NCBI GenBank assembly: GCA_964035545.1 | Contig: OZ037773.1 | Span: 5,671,751-5,735,750 of the forward strand | Direction of reading: 5' to 3' | Origin: Bugula neritina | Lineage: Eukaryota; Animalia; Bryozoa | DNA length: 64,000 bases | Part shown: positions 37,094 through 50,100 of the stretch, piece after piece | Layout of the letters: every line of letters begins with the position of its first letter | How positions within the stretch are numbered: the stretch's first letter is position 1 | Notes under the pieces: model-generated | The model's input: only the letters and a program-made list of their open reading frames with translations | Told to the model about the DNA's origin: nothing | Databases searched by the model: none | Program-made: the position numbers and the translations under genes

Positions 37094-40000
37094 ATGGCAT
37101 TTCTATCTAAAGGAGTTCATTCAATGTTGAGATCAACAAAAATTTTACAGGTAACCTTACTTTTAGATGTTTCAATGCTGGATACTCTAGTAATGATTTT
37201 TATTGATTGCTAGTGAAGCTAATTTTTGTACCCGTTTAGCAAATGTTGAGGCGTTCATTGCAAATATTTCTTTTTCACAACTAGTAGCGTTGCAGTGTGG
37301 CCAGTGTATTATTAAATAATTACTTCTAACTATGCTGTATTTTGTAGACTTTACTACCACAAATATCACAGTCATTCCTTTGCAGCTCGTCGGAGTTGTC
37401 TTCTTCATCAAAAGGTGATTTTAGTTGGTACTTCCTCCTATTAGCAAATAAGTTGTTTTTCCCAACAATAAAAGCTGCTTTGCCATCACGTTTGCTAGTC
37501 ATATGTTTTAGAGTCTAGTGATTCGCTAGAATCAGGTTCACACGTGATAGACACGGAAAGAATACGAAACAGGAAGTTGCTATATCCTCCTCAGCATTCA
37601 AGTGATAGAATACAGAGCTGGGTGAGCACGCTATCTCGTTTACAAGAGGACAAAGTGGGAATCATAGATCTACACCCTTCCATCTTTGGTGTCCACCCTA
37701 GGTAATCAGTCTATTAAGTGTTCAGTAAGATTTTAAGTAGGTTTCTGTTTCCCTGTTTTGGTTGCCTAAAAAAAAATTATTTGACTTTGTCCATGTGAGT
37801 TCTTCTCTTTGTTTCAACTTAATTTTAGCATTTGGGGATAGTTAAAAAATAATTATTATATTAAGTGAAAATTGTGAGATTAATTGGAATACTCTTAACA
37901 TGTTTGCATATAAGCTCACTGCTCTAGCAGTGTGAAGTGAGTCTAACTGTAACTCTATTCTCTACTAGCATATTCATGTTTGTTTGTAAATTGTGAAACC
38001 TAATAATTTGCTTGTACTTTAGATTGGATATAATTCATGAGAATATCAAGTGGCAACAGAAATACAGGCATATAGTGAGTCTTACTTATTTCCTGTTGAG
38101 TTTACTTGTCTGTTTTGCTATATTCAGTTAAAATTGTAAGACCAGGCATATACCTGAAAAGAGCATAGTAAAGACAAAGCTCCATGGTGTTTTAACATTG
38201 CTATGATTCTCACAATGTTGTTATCATTAAGAATCATATAAACAATCTGCTAGCCTATTTCCTTACTGTAAAGCAATGTTTGTGATTACTTGTGGTCTAT
38301 TGCTATCAGTCAAGTGAAAGTTCCACTGTCTGCTGCATTCACCATCAGCACTTCTGATATGAATGTGAGAGTGGGCACCCCAAATTTGTATTATATTAAA
38401 CACTCCTTATATTTTTAAACTTTGAATTCTTTGAAACTTTATTTTCACTGGCTTGAAACTTAGTTGTTGGAGAGAATTTTTTTCTTACAAAATGCTAGTA
38501 AATTTATGCCATTTTCATCTCGCTTGGTTCTACTTTTATCCCAATTTTGTTGGTAAACTAGACTTAGAACTTTACTTTAGGACTTTGCGAGAGTGAGGAC
38601 CCGCGCTGAAATGCCCGGTGGAGGGCGAAAGCCCTGGCGTCAAAAGGGCACTGGCAGAGCTCGTCATGGCAGTATTAGATCACCATTGTGGCACAAAGGT
38701 TTGTCATAAATTTGTATATTTTCAACACATAGCTGAAATGACGCATTCAGATGTAAAGTGACACTAAAAAGATTTATTGTTTTATCATAATTATGAATAC
38801 ATGACCTTATTTCTTATGTGATTTAATAGCAAAAGTATTTTGGTCATAGTATTTTCACCGATAGTATTTGAACTTGCAGTAGGCTGTGCTTGTTTCTTTA
38901 CCCTTTTATGGCCATGTTTTTGGAAAAAAAATATTTAGTAGAATACAGAAAGCAATCTATGCCTGGGTGTAGTGGATCAGTTAGAAATGTATTATGGCAA
39001 GCACTCTTGCAGTATCTTTAAATCATGTGTTATATATGATATGTAGTCTACATTCTTAATGCAATTGTTGCAATGTCTGTAGGAGGAGCTGCGAAAGGTC
39101 CACGGGGGCCCACAAGTAACTTTTACATGCTACCCTTTGGTGTTCGGGTACTGGGACTACGTACAGCACTTAGCTGCAAGCTGGCGCAGGTAGATCCGTG
39201 TATATTTTTGCATGCAATTATGTTTATATACTGTAGGATAGCATTGCAGTGTATTAATAGGTGTGTTCTGTTGCATTCTCTATGTTCCCTACTGTCGCAG
39301 TGTGTAAATGTTTTACTCATGACTACCGTCAGTTTCCATAGAAATTTCACAAAATCCACATACCATACTTTTCTGTAGAACAAACTCCATAAGTCTGACT
39401 GTATTTATGTAGAACGACCTTCACATAGTTGATTCTTTGTACATCCCTGCTGAAGATCCTGAATACCTCCGAGATCTTGTCAAGTCCAGGGCCTGGGGCT
39501 ATTCTGTCTTGTTAGTGGATGACAATGATGAAGTCCCTCAACGCCTTGCTAATGCCTTACAGCAGATACCAGAGTATAATGTCATGCCTGCTTATGGTAA
39601 GTTCAACGGGCCAAGGTATTGTCGCTTTTGTAAACACAAAAGTTTTGGCAAGGCATTAAATGTGATGGGATCAGCTTAGACATTTGCTGGTAAAAGTGAA
39701 AAATGTTTAGTTTTTGTGACGAAAGTCTATAAAATTTGCTTTTACAGACTCCACATTTTTAGCTTTCCCTAATTTTCTAAATATCTAAATTGTGTTATTT
39801 TTTCTTCTTTATATTTTTCTTCTTGTGACACTATTGAGTATACCACATATAGTTTTACAGTATTGAAATAATTCCATTATTTTAGGATACGTATTGCTTT
39901 TTGCTTTTCAGCAAATTCTCTTTTTTGTATTGAGGAGTTGTGCCCGCCTTTCTTTCTAATCCATTGCTCTAAGTTTTACTTTATTAGCACCCAGTCTATT

Positions 40001-40430
40001 TTGGTCGCTGATTCGGTGACTATTGTAGTGTGGTTTGCTCATATGTATGGCTCCGAATAGATACTGAATGTAAGAAAATGTAACAATGTCGCTTAGAATA
40101 ACATGGCGCAATATCATAAATCACTTTCTGGAGAATTCGCATAAAATTATACATGAAATATCTGAAACTGGAGAGATCATGCTTACTTATTGTGTATGCA
40201 ACGTCTCTTATTGTAGAGATCATAGTTATCTTATGTACATACATCTACTGTGACTCTAGAGTTCATGGTGGTAATATGTTGATTTGGTTTCAGGTCTGAA
40301 TGTCTACAGTATGTTAAAACACGAAACTGTGGTGCTCACCCTGTCAGCTGTAGAGAAGATAGAGGAGAGACTGCTCTATCACATGCACAGGAGTGGCTGT
40401 GTTCAACAGAAGTTTAGATTACCTTTATGA
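37094..40430 (+). CDS. MRPL4: Mitochondrial ribosomal protein uL4m, ~303 aa
   Basis: 8 exons: 37094-37150, 37348-37414, 37512-37701, 38023-38074, 38581-38698, 39083-39189, 39413-39596, 40294-40430; transit-peptide-like start, [59 protein letters not shown]. The first two exons are less certain. Confidence 0.95.
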
Positions 40431-42385
40431 TTGGGTCTATTATTTGCTATTTTATAAACTTTTGTGTAAATATTGTCTTTGAAAATAAATAGAGAAACTT
40501 TTTTTGGCTTATATTTACAATCTTTATGGAAAATCTGGGTTTTGGATAGACCAGCCCTTAAAATACACTGACTTTTTATAAGAAACACAAAGGCTATTAT
40601 TTTGATCATCACATACCCTGGTTGGAGTTGTCTTACCAGTCAGACTCAACACGCAATACTGGTTATTCTCATCAATTGATCTCAGCCATTTTAAATTTTA
40701 CTTATTAAAAACTGCATTTGCTTTGCCTCCATATTTGAATAATGCCTTTACCCACTGGGCCATAGCTGCTTTTACTCACACATAATACGATAAACCTCCA
40801 ATACACATGATATAAGTTATACATGATTTACAAACAAAACTTGGCCTTTGGTTACGATATAGTCTAATAATGCACTCAGTTCCCGCTACATTGCTTCACA
40901 TTAATTTGAATATCAGCCTGTATACTTTTTAAATATGACTAAAATGTTTCTGCAGCTGCTTTAAGTCCAGTTTTATGGTTGATTATTTGTATAATTTCTT
41001 GAGAGGAATTAAGAAAGATAATTATAGATGATAGTAACTGAGGCACTGGCTACCAAAAGCTCCTATTATTTGCTGTAACAGACTGCTGAACTTTGCACTC
41101 TGTCGCATATATAATATCTTTTATATATATAGAATATTACTCACGTTGATAATAAAAAAATGTGAGATGCTAGTTACTTGCTGGTAGTCCAGAATCTTGT
41201 TACCCTGATGTGCATTGCCCAGGGTGGAGTGAGTGTACCACTGTGCTAGTTCTACCCAGTTTTACAATGCCAGTTTATGAAGCTTTCATTTATTTTTTAA
41301 GTAGGAACTAGATTCTAATCATTTCACTTTTTATGGCCAATTTTCGTTGTTCAAGTATGCAGAACCCGGAAAGTTGAGTAATGGATGGAGTAGCCATATT
41401 TTATAACTGGCATGAAATCAAAATACATGCATTGTTGCAGCCATTCTGATTATGTGTGCATAAGAGTATTTCCAAACACAAGGCATTAATTTCTTTCTAA
41501 TATACAATTTATTACATTATATTTCAACATAAACTGTTATAAAATAATGAATATAAAGATATATAAGCATATTACATCATAAAAGCAACTACAAACCAAA
41601 GTATGAGATGGTTACATAAATGTATCATAAGTACTGTTATAGTTAATTTCATTATGTTACATGTATGATAGATAGAATAGTCTAGAAACCTCTGGCAGAG
41701 CACTATCAAGGAGGGATATAAAAACAGCGGAAATATACAAAAAGAAAAACCTTTGATAACATGCATGCAACATATATATTAAATTCAACTATTAAAACCA
41801 ATTACAAAGGTACAAAAACTAATTACAGGACTGCAGTAAATGAAAGCAATGTTACAGGTAATGAGGTTAGAATATCGTAAAACTATTATTTGAAAATCTT
41901 GTTGGCTCACATTTATAGGCGAAAGCACCATTACATGGTTGATAAATAGCATAAAGATATCCTCAATATGTACAGTATAGGGTTGATTAAAGAGCCCCAG
42001 TAGGCCTATATAGCATTTAAATATTATATCATTGTTATTATATTGTCATAATCATTTAGTGAGATCAAATTTAGAATTGCCTTCCCAATCAGAGGACTAT
42101 ATTATAAAGAAAGCTAAAAGGTTCTTTATTATATAGAAGTGGGATACATTGATAACACATGAGCAACGAATACTTTATAATATAGTCAAAAAACTGGCGC
42201 CCAGTTTACAACCTGTTGGGAGGCAAACCTAATGCTAATTCTGGGATGATCGCCTTCATCAAAATCAACTTTTGCTTTATACAAAACAGACAAAAATCAT
42301 TTTATAGTAAATATAGGAATTACAGGTACAGAAGTTATAATATTTTATAAATAAGTTCAAGCATTCAGCATAAGGAGTTATTCAC

Positions 42386-44102
42386 TCACAACATTGTGAA
42401 ATCAGTGGCAAACAACTCCCGATGAAGAGCAGGAAATTCAATGGAATCACCTGTAAGCTTCTTGAATGTTGACAAAGCCTTGAAGTGTTGAGCAGCGAGT
42501 GTTTTGAGATACGGGAGGTGGGCCAACGTCTTCTCCGCATACTCTGATGACTCATGAGTTCGATTGATGAGTTGAGTAAAGGCCGTGATGTGTTTGTTGT
42601 ATAACTGTTTCAGCTCCGTGGTGTCCTGCACACCGTAGTGATCTACAACAGCAGCAACAGAGAGCTACAGGACTACAAACAGCTACAGTACTACAGACAG
42701 CTACAGTACTACAGAGAGATACAATGCTACAAACAGCTACAGGACTATAGACAGCTACAGGACTACAGAAAGATACAATGCTACAAACAACTACAGTAGT
42801 CACTCTGCTGTGGGCATACAATGGTGCTCAACAGGTCTGGCAGTTTACAGCCTTAAGTGTGCTGGTCTTACTTGTAGCTATAATAGTTCATTGCACTAGA
42901 TTACACTGATACTCTGGTGGATAGTAAAACCTTTTATAAAAACTACAGCACTGCAGAAAATATTCAGTAATAAAAATAATTTTTCCCATCTTTGATAAAA
43001 TCTTGGTGACTGCTAGAAACTTGAGTAATGGGAACTACATTGGCGCAACTTCTTTAAAGAGCTTAAAATATCAAGATTATTAAAGTCTATATTATTAATG
43101 ACTGTGTTTATTTCAACATATTTCATGATTTTTATAACACCAATGTATGCCTGGTTTTTGCTTATATATAATGGGAGTGGTGAAAAAAGTGGAATCATTG
43201 TAAATGTTCCTGGCGCCCCCATATCCATATTTAGTTTGCGCACAGCTTGCATCAAATGCTTGCAAAGTAACATTAGAATCAGTCTTTAAAAGTCAAAATT
43301 ATTACAATTATCATCGTAGTTTTATATGCATAACCCAGTGTATGATTGCTTGACAATCTCCTACAGTCTTCCACAAGGGCACAATGGTATTGTAACAGTG
43401 GTTAGGCATAACCTCTAAGTGTGTACTATATGATCATCATCTGTATTTATGGCCTTTATATTCTATTTATTTCTCGTCTAATGTACATTATAATACCAGC
43501 TGCAGAGCCACCAGTTGCTAAAGAGAGTTTCATTTCAACACAACTGCTTTATTGAATAATTGAATCGTGAGAATAACAAAGCAATGTCTACAGCTATCTT
43601 CACTCCACCGAGAATTCTAATCATACTTCAGACAACACACTCTGCAAAGTGTAATAACTAAAGCTAGCAAGAGATAGAATGCTTCTTGTTTACTGCAAGT
43701 CCATGTGCTAAAGAGTTAGAGATGCAGACAATTAACATTAAAAAATCCTCTAGATGTTTAATAATAAAAATTTTATAACAGGAAATGTGGGTCCGAAGAC
43801 ATGGCAATACCTTAGTAACCCTAGATCAATAGGATAGCACCTCTCTAGCTAATTAACAACCCTAATTACCACGGCAACCAACCACTAGCAAGTCAGTTCG
43901 GCAACTATTACCAAGTGATTGAGAAAACATTGAATTAAACACTTTTTGATGGGCCAAAAGTGTCTTGCAATGCAATAGACTGAAAAATAACACTACCAGG
44001 GCCCTAGACAGTACAAAGGGGGCTTACAAGTAGTGGTAGCAGTGGTAGTCACAGTAACAGTAGTAGTAGTAGTAGTAGTAGTAGCAGTAGCAGTAGTAGT
44101 AA

Positions 44103-44194
<92 letters not shown>

Positions 44195-47100
44195 ATAGTA
44201 GCAGCAGTAGTAGCAGTATTAGTACTAGCAGCAGTACTAGTTGATGACTTTAAATGTATTTAGTATAGTCAATAATGCTAAATTTAGCGCCAAGTCCCAC
44301 AATGCATTAATATGTGCATTTGAAGCAGAATACTGCCTTTAGATGCAAGCCTAGAGTCGCAGGGGTATTAGTAATTGAATTAATAAGTCTGTAGCTGGAA
44401 TCTTTTATTGAATGGTCATAAATAATCTTGCTACTTAATGTTACACTAATGCTTGGCTGTTATTACACTTTGCAGAGTAGAACAGAAATGCCCATCAATA
44501 TTACTTAGAATGGCTGAAATTCAAATTGTGGCCAGCAGTAATGACTGCTACATCACATTTATATGGTAGATATGTTCAGCATTGATATAGTTTTCAGCAA
44601 ATATAGCAAACTAATTATTCTGTTTTACAAATATAATATTATTTATAGTTAGTTATAATGTAAAGTACAGCCGACCTTGGACAAAAGTCATCTCTGCTGT
44701 CATATAGACAAAAAATACCAGTTTAGAAAATTTCCCAATACATGCTATCAAATAATTGAGTGAACATACACTGCAACATGTACTTGATAATGTTTACTGG
44801 TATGTGCAAGTTACTTGACTTATTATAATGATGAGCCCAAGTTGGCAGTATATTGACTGTATAGAACTAGAGTATTAGCGCATGACATCGTCATGAATTG
44901 CAAAAACTGTCAACTCTAATTTGAATGATTGCCCTAAACTTGGTGTGTTGGCAGACAGCAAACTGGCTGTAGAAAACTTACCAGGTTGAAAGAGAACTAC
45001 TGTGTTCAACAGGGCAATCTCTCTCTCTGTTAGCTTGAGATTTGAGAACATTTTCAGTACATCTAGAGTGGCAGCTATTAGGACCCGAACTTCTTGATCT
45101 AAATACATAAGAAATCATGCGCGTGAAGTGGAATCACTCGCATGCATCAATGCCTGCTACTGTCTGTGATGAATAGCGCACACGCAGTCATGCATTATCT
45201 CTAGCAGGGATAGGGCTTTCAACTGGTATTTTAATGAACCATTAAATTAAATAATCAATATATGCAAAATAAACTAATAGAATAAAAATACTCCCATACA
45301 AGCATGTGATAAATTTCACATCTTCTGCCAACTTGCTAATTGAAAATGAGTAATAATGAAATAGAGTGGAGCGATACTTTTCCAGCAGATGAACCGTATT
45401 AATAGCACATAACTTTTTACCAGCATCATTTTTGCCAGATTGCTTAGCAAATCATGTGTGACTAGAGATAGGAGTAGCTGATAACTATCAACACTTCCAT
45501 GGAAAGTTGGCTGGACATATTCTATGTTATGAATATTTGCTAATGTAACTTTTCTGATTGTATGTCCAAACGACAAACCATCACTGACTTGAGTAGTGTA
45601 CCTATATTGCTGACTTAGCAGTGTACCCGTATTGCTGACTTAAGCAGCTTACCTATATTGGTGAAGGAGTCCAGGTTTAAGTCTTCAGTATTTGGAAATC
45701 TGTAGCCTAGGACACTGCTGGTCCATAGCAGATGCATCACTACCATCTCGTATCCAGCTGTAACAATATTCACACAATAATTTCATCCTAAACCAGTGAC
45801 GAAAGTTAGAACAGTACATTATATATGCATGCATTTGGAATTATGCTCTCTTGGTGGGTCACCATGATGTAGCTAAGTAATTCATAGATTCAAAAGTTAC
45901 AATTTAATAATGTAACTGCATTTTAAACCCAATAATAAGCCATTAGAGCAACTCTGAATTATTTAATACATTATTCAGCATACAGATATCTTGTAAGGAA
46001 AGCTGATTACATGAATTGATGATGAAAGAAGAGAAGTAAAAGCTAATAATTGCTAATTATAAGAAGTATGATGAGTCAACCTCTAATCAATAGTTTGATT
46101 CGAAAAATTGCTCTGAAAACAGAAGTGAATCATAAATACTTTGGGCTGAAACCAGAAACAGCAGTTATAGCAGCTGTCGATTTTATGGCAGCAACATATG
46201 TAAAACAAAAAGATGAAACAGTTACTGAATCATTCAAATCCCATAAGGCACAAACAGCTAATGCTGAATGCAATCATCTAATTATTATTAGGAATTACCA
46301 TTTATTGAAACCTATGAGTCTTAATTCCACCCACGTTGTAAACTGTCTTAGGTAAAGTAGCTTCAGAGTAGATTAAAAAGATGAATAAACATCTTGATTG
46401 ATAGGAGTATGTTTATGTAGGCGAAGGAGTAATATTTTTAGTAAACCTAACTCCTCTTATCTAGCTACAGATTAAATAGCTACAAAAAATGGGGTTTTTA
46501 CTCACCTTTGCTATAAAAGTGGTTTTTTCCTCCCCTTTGCAATAAAGGGTGGGTTATTTACTTCTTAATGTCCTAGAAGGTGGATTACTTATTTACTTTT
46601 GCTATATAAAAAAACTTATGAAAGTTCATAGTCATCATTCCTGTGAGAAAACCCCTGAGGAAGGGTTTTTTGTTAAATTGGGCTAAGGGCTTATTCAGAT
46701 GGGGCACAGGAGCAATTATGACTGGATGCTCCTTCTATATAGAGGCGGGTAATTCACTCTCGAATGCTATAGAAAGTGAGCACTTTATTTCACCCCGTAT
46801 CTAGAACTTGTAGGACTAAAATCTCACCTCCTTTGAGTACCATAATCTGGTCATCCTGGTCCAAGCTGTTGAAGCCCGGAGTGAGTTTAGCAAACTCGAT
46901 GATCTGCTGAATAGTGCCGGTCATTTTAGCCGCAAACTTCTCCCAGAAGTTGGTGTGAGTCAGACCGTGTAACTCTTCTGTTGAAGTCAGCATGTTGAGT
47001 AGATCGTCACTGTAGAACGCTTTGCGCTGAGCTTGCAACATTAGATTGGCCAACGTATCTGCAACAGTCACGCTTATTACAACATACAAACACTCGAAAG

Positions 47101-50100
47101 TAAAAGTGCTTCACTTTAAATTATCAAATTGGTAATATGACTAATATCTAATTATATACTAAGCAAACCATTAATTTGAGGAGTCAATATTTTCTATGGT
47201 ATCTATGCATTAGTGACTGTGATAGTTATACAATCACAGTCATAGATAAAAGAATAACTACAATTATGCAATAATTGCAACAAGCTGTAGGCAGTACACT
47301 ACAATAACAACACATACCACAGTTGTCCTCTCTCAACACCTGCACAGTGATGTCTAACAGCTGATCCGCAAACAACTGCTCTGCACCCACCAAACTGTTT
47401 GGTTCCCTGCAAGAGAAAATTCTAGATGTCTATGTGCTATGTCATTATAAACTATATACATAATATGTTAGACGTCTATGTGCTATGTCATTATAAACTA
47501 TATGCAGAATGAACTAGATGTCTATGTGCTATGTGCTTATAAACTATATACATAATATGTTAGATGTCTATGTGCTATGTCCTTATAAACTATAATATGC
47601 AAAATGAACTAGATGTCTATGTGCTATGTCATTATAAATAGACAGTTCAGATACAGAATTGACCATTACACGAGTCTTTAAGGCCAGTATGATAATAAAG
47701 TACCCATTTCCCAACCAAATAACTGCCAGCTTATTTGTTGAGTTACGGCCAGAAATTGGTGCCATCAATTTGCACATTTCACACTTCAAAAGAAGACATT
47801 AATTGATATAGCAGACTCAATTCAAATATAAATTTAAAATTTCAATAATATCTACATTAAAAGAACTGGTCAGCCAAAAAATAACATCAACTGACATTTA
47901 TTTGAAGATAGGTGAATGATGGAGGCTTGGATGAAAAGAGTTATGACTATAACCACCCACACACTAGTTTATTACATGTTAGTGAATGGTTATGCTCAAT
48001 TCAATGGTATTGTAGATGTAAACACCATTCTCTCTAGCAATTGCTACAGCAGCATGGCTATGCTAGTGCGCAGTTTTTGGAGCCACAGTAATTCCAACAG
48101 CTCATTGTTTGAGCCAGAGTTGGGTGCACTTACTGTGAAAAAGGTTTTGTTGGAATTTTTCCAGTAACAATCTGCATCACCAAATGTGAATAGCAAAGAC
48201 TTGATGTGAATTTGGAGATTGCATTGAATAAAAATCAGTGAACAAAAGCGCTATATTGTACTCTAAACTTTATGAGATAAAGACAAACTTGTGAATTAAT
48301 TCAGAGAAACCCAACAATTTTATAGCTATAAAAAAGTTAAAGAACATTTTTTAGTTTTAGCCCAAAACGTACAAGCTTAGCTTGCTGCAAGTTATTTTAG
48401 GCTGTCTGTACAATATGTAAAACTGAATTGTATATCTTCAGCAATTATTATAACAGTGGCAGTGATGAGTCATGTGAAATAGATAAGCTATGAGAATAAA
48501 ACATCTAATGCATAATTGAATTCTGATAATTAAAAATCAATAACTTAGTCATAGTGTAGCAGTAGGCATCCAGACGAATGGAGAAGTATTTTTAGAAAGC
48601 ATAATAAAAGGCTTAGAGCATTGGTCTATTGAGAGCTTATGCATATTTGATTAGAATCATCATCAGACGAAGTTTATACAAGATATAAGATTCCCACAGT
48701 GAATGTGCTTGCAGCATTGCACTAATGAAATAACTGCTTTAGTCTATTATATAAACATTCTAAGTGGTTGTAGTAACTAATACTGAAATAGTAGCCCGCA
48801 ACAGACTAGCAAAAATACCGGCTTTCATTTTACTACGAAATCATTGCTCATTACTGCCTGGAAACATTTCACTTGTATATTCCAACTTGTGTTTGGTCAC
48901 GTGACCGAATTGATTACGTTTCAATTTCACTGTCATCAAAAAGCTGCAAGCTGCTCACACCAAGGCAGATGCACTTGTGTTTACATTCCCAACAAAACTT
49001 TCTATGCAGGCCAAGCCAACAGCTAATGCTTCACTAATTCACTGTGACTACCATTGATTTGTGTACTTTTACTCAAAGTCACACTTATTATTTGCTAATG
49101 GAAATTAGAGGGATAGAAGTACCAAGACTAAACTGGCAGTGAGCAACTGGCCATCAGACAAAAAACCATTTTTTTGGAAACATTTGAAAATTAACCTCTA
49201 AAATATTTTGCTTGCTGGTAGCAGCGGAATCTATTAATAGAATAATCAAAACAAACTGTATTTAAACCACCAAATATAAAACTGGCTTATAGTTAAGAGT
49301 GCAGTATTGAATTATAGCTATTATATTGCCTGCATAATTTCTGACTATTATCATTATGTTACTGCTTTATTAAATTGCAATATTGAAGCAAATGTTGAAT
49401 ACATTTCAGAAAACACTGCCAATGTAGCACATGCAATAAGAAAGCTGAAAAGATATCATTGTGTTAGTATTTCACTGAATATATACATTTAGACAGAGAT
49501 CAATGAAAAGCTGAATACTTACGTCATTTCATTGATGCTCATGTCGCTGTCGGACCCTGAGTCGCTGCTGTTGCTGCGTACCTTCTTGTGGTACTTCACC
49601 TCATCCTGAACCATCTCCCGCTGCCGCTTTGACATCCGCCCAAATTTAACAGCTAAAAAGTCATCACAACACACCATACATATTATATTGCATACTAGCC
49701 GCATTTGTCATTCGTATGTTAGCTGCACTGAGCAACATTTTTGGCTTAGCTTCAGCTCTGAAAGGATTATAACCAAAGTTTTCGGTATAACCATTTTCAA
49801 TATGATGTCACCACTTTTTAGTGGAGGTTGGCGAAGGGTGAAGTAATAAGAATCATCGAGATACGCCCACACAGCCATGTAATCAAGGGGTGCGAGAGTG
49901 GGCGATGGGTATACCATGACACTAGAATATCTTGCGAGTTCACAAGACCAGCAGTAACTGTTATTTTAGGAAGACTCCGGACTCGGCAAAAGACTGATAG
50001 AAGTAATAAGAGACCAGAACAAAATTCTTTGAAATAATAACAAAGACATCTGAGAGGGAGGTCTTTCCGGAAGATTCTTAAATGAGACCCACCCTTCCTT

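Noticed and set aside
44033-44263. Poly-valine ORF
   Set aside because: Translation of a (GTA)n microsatellite in an HR3 intron
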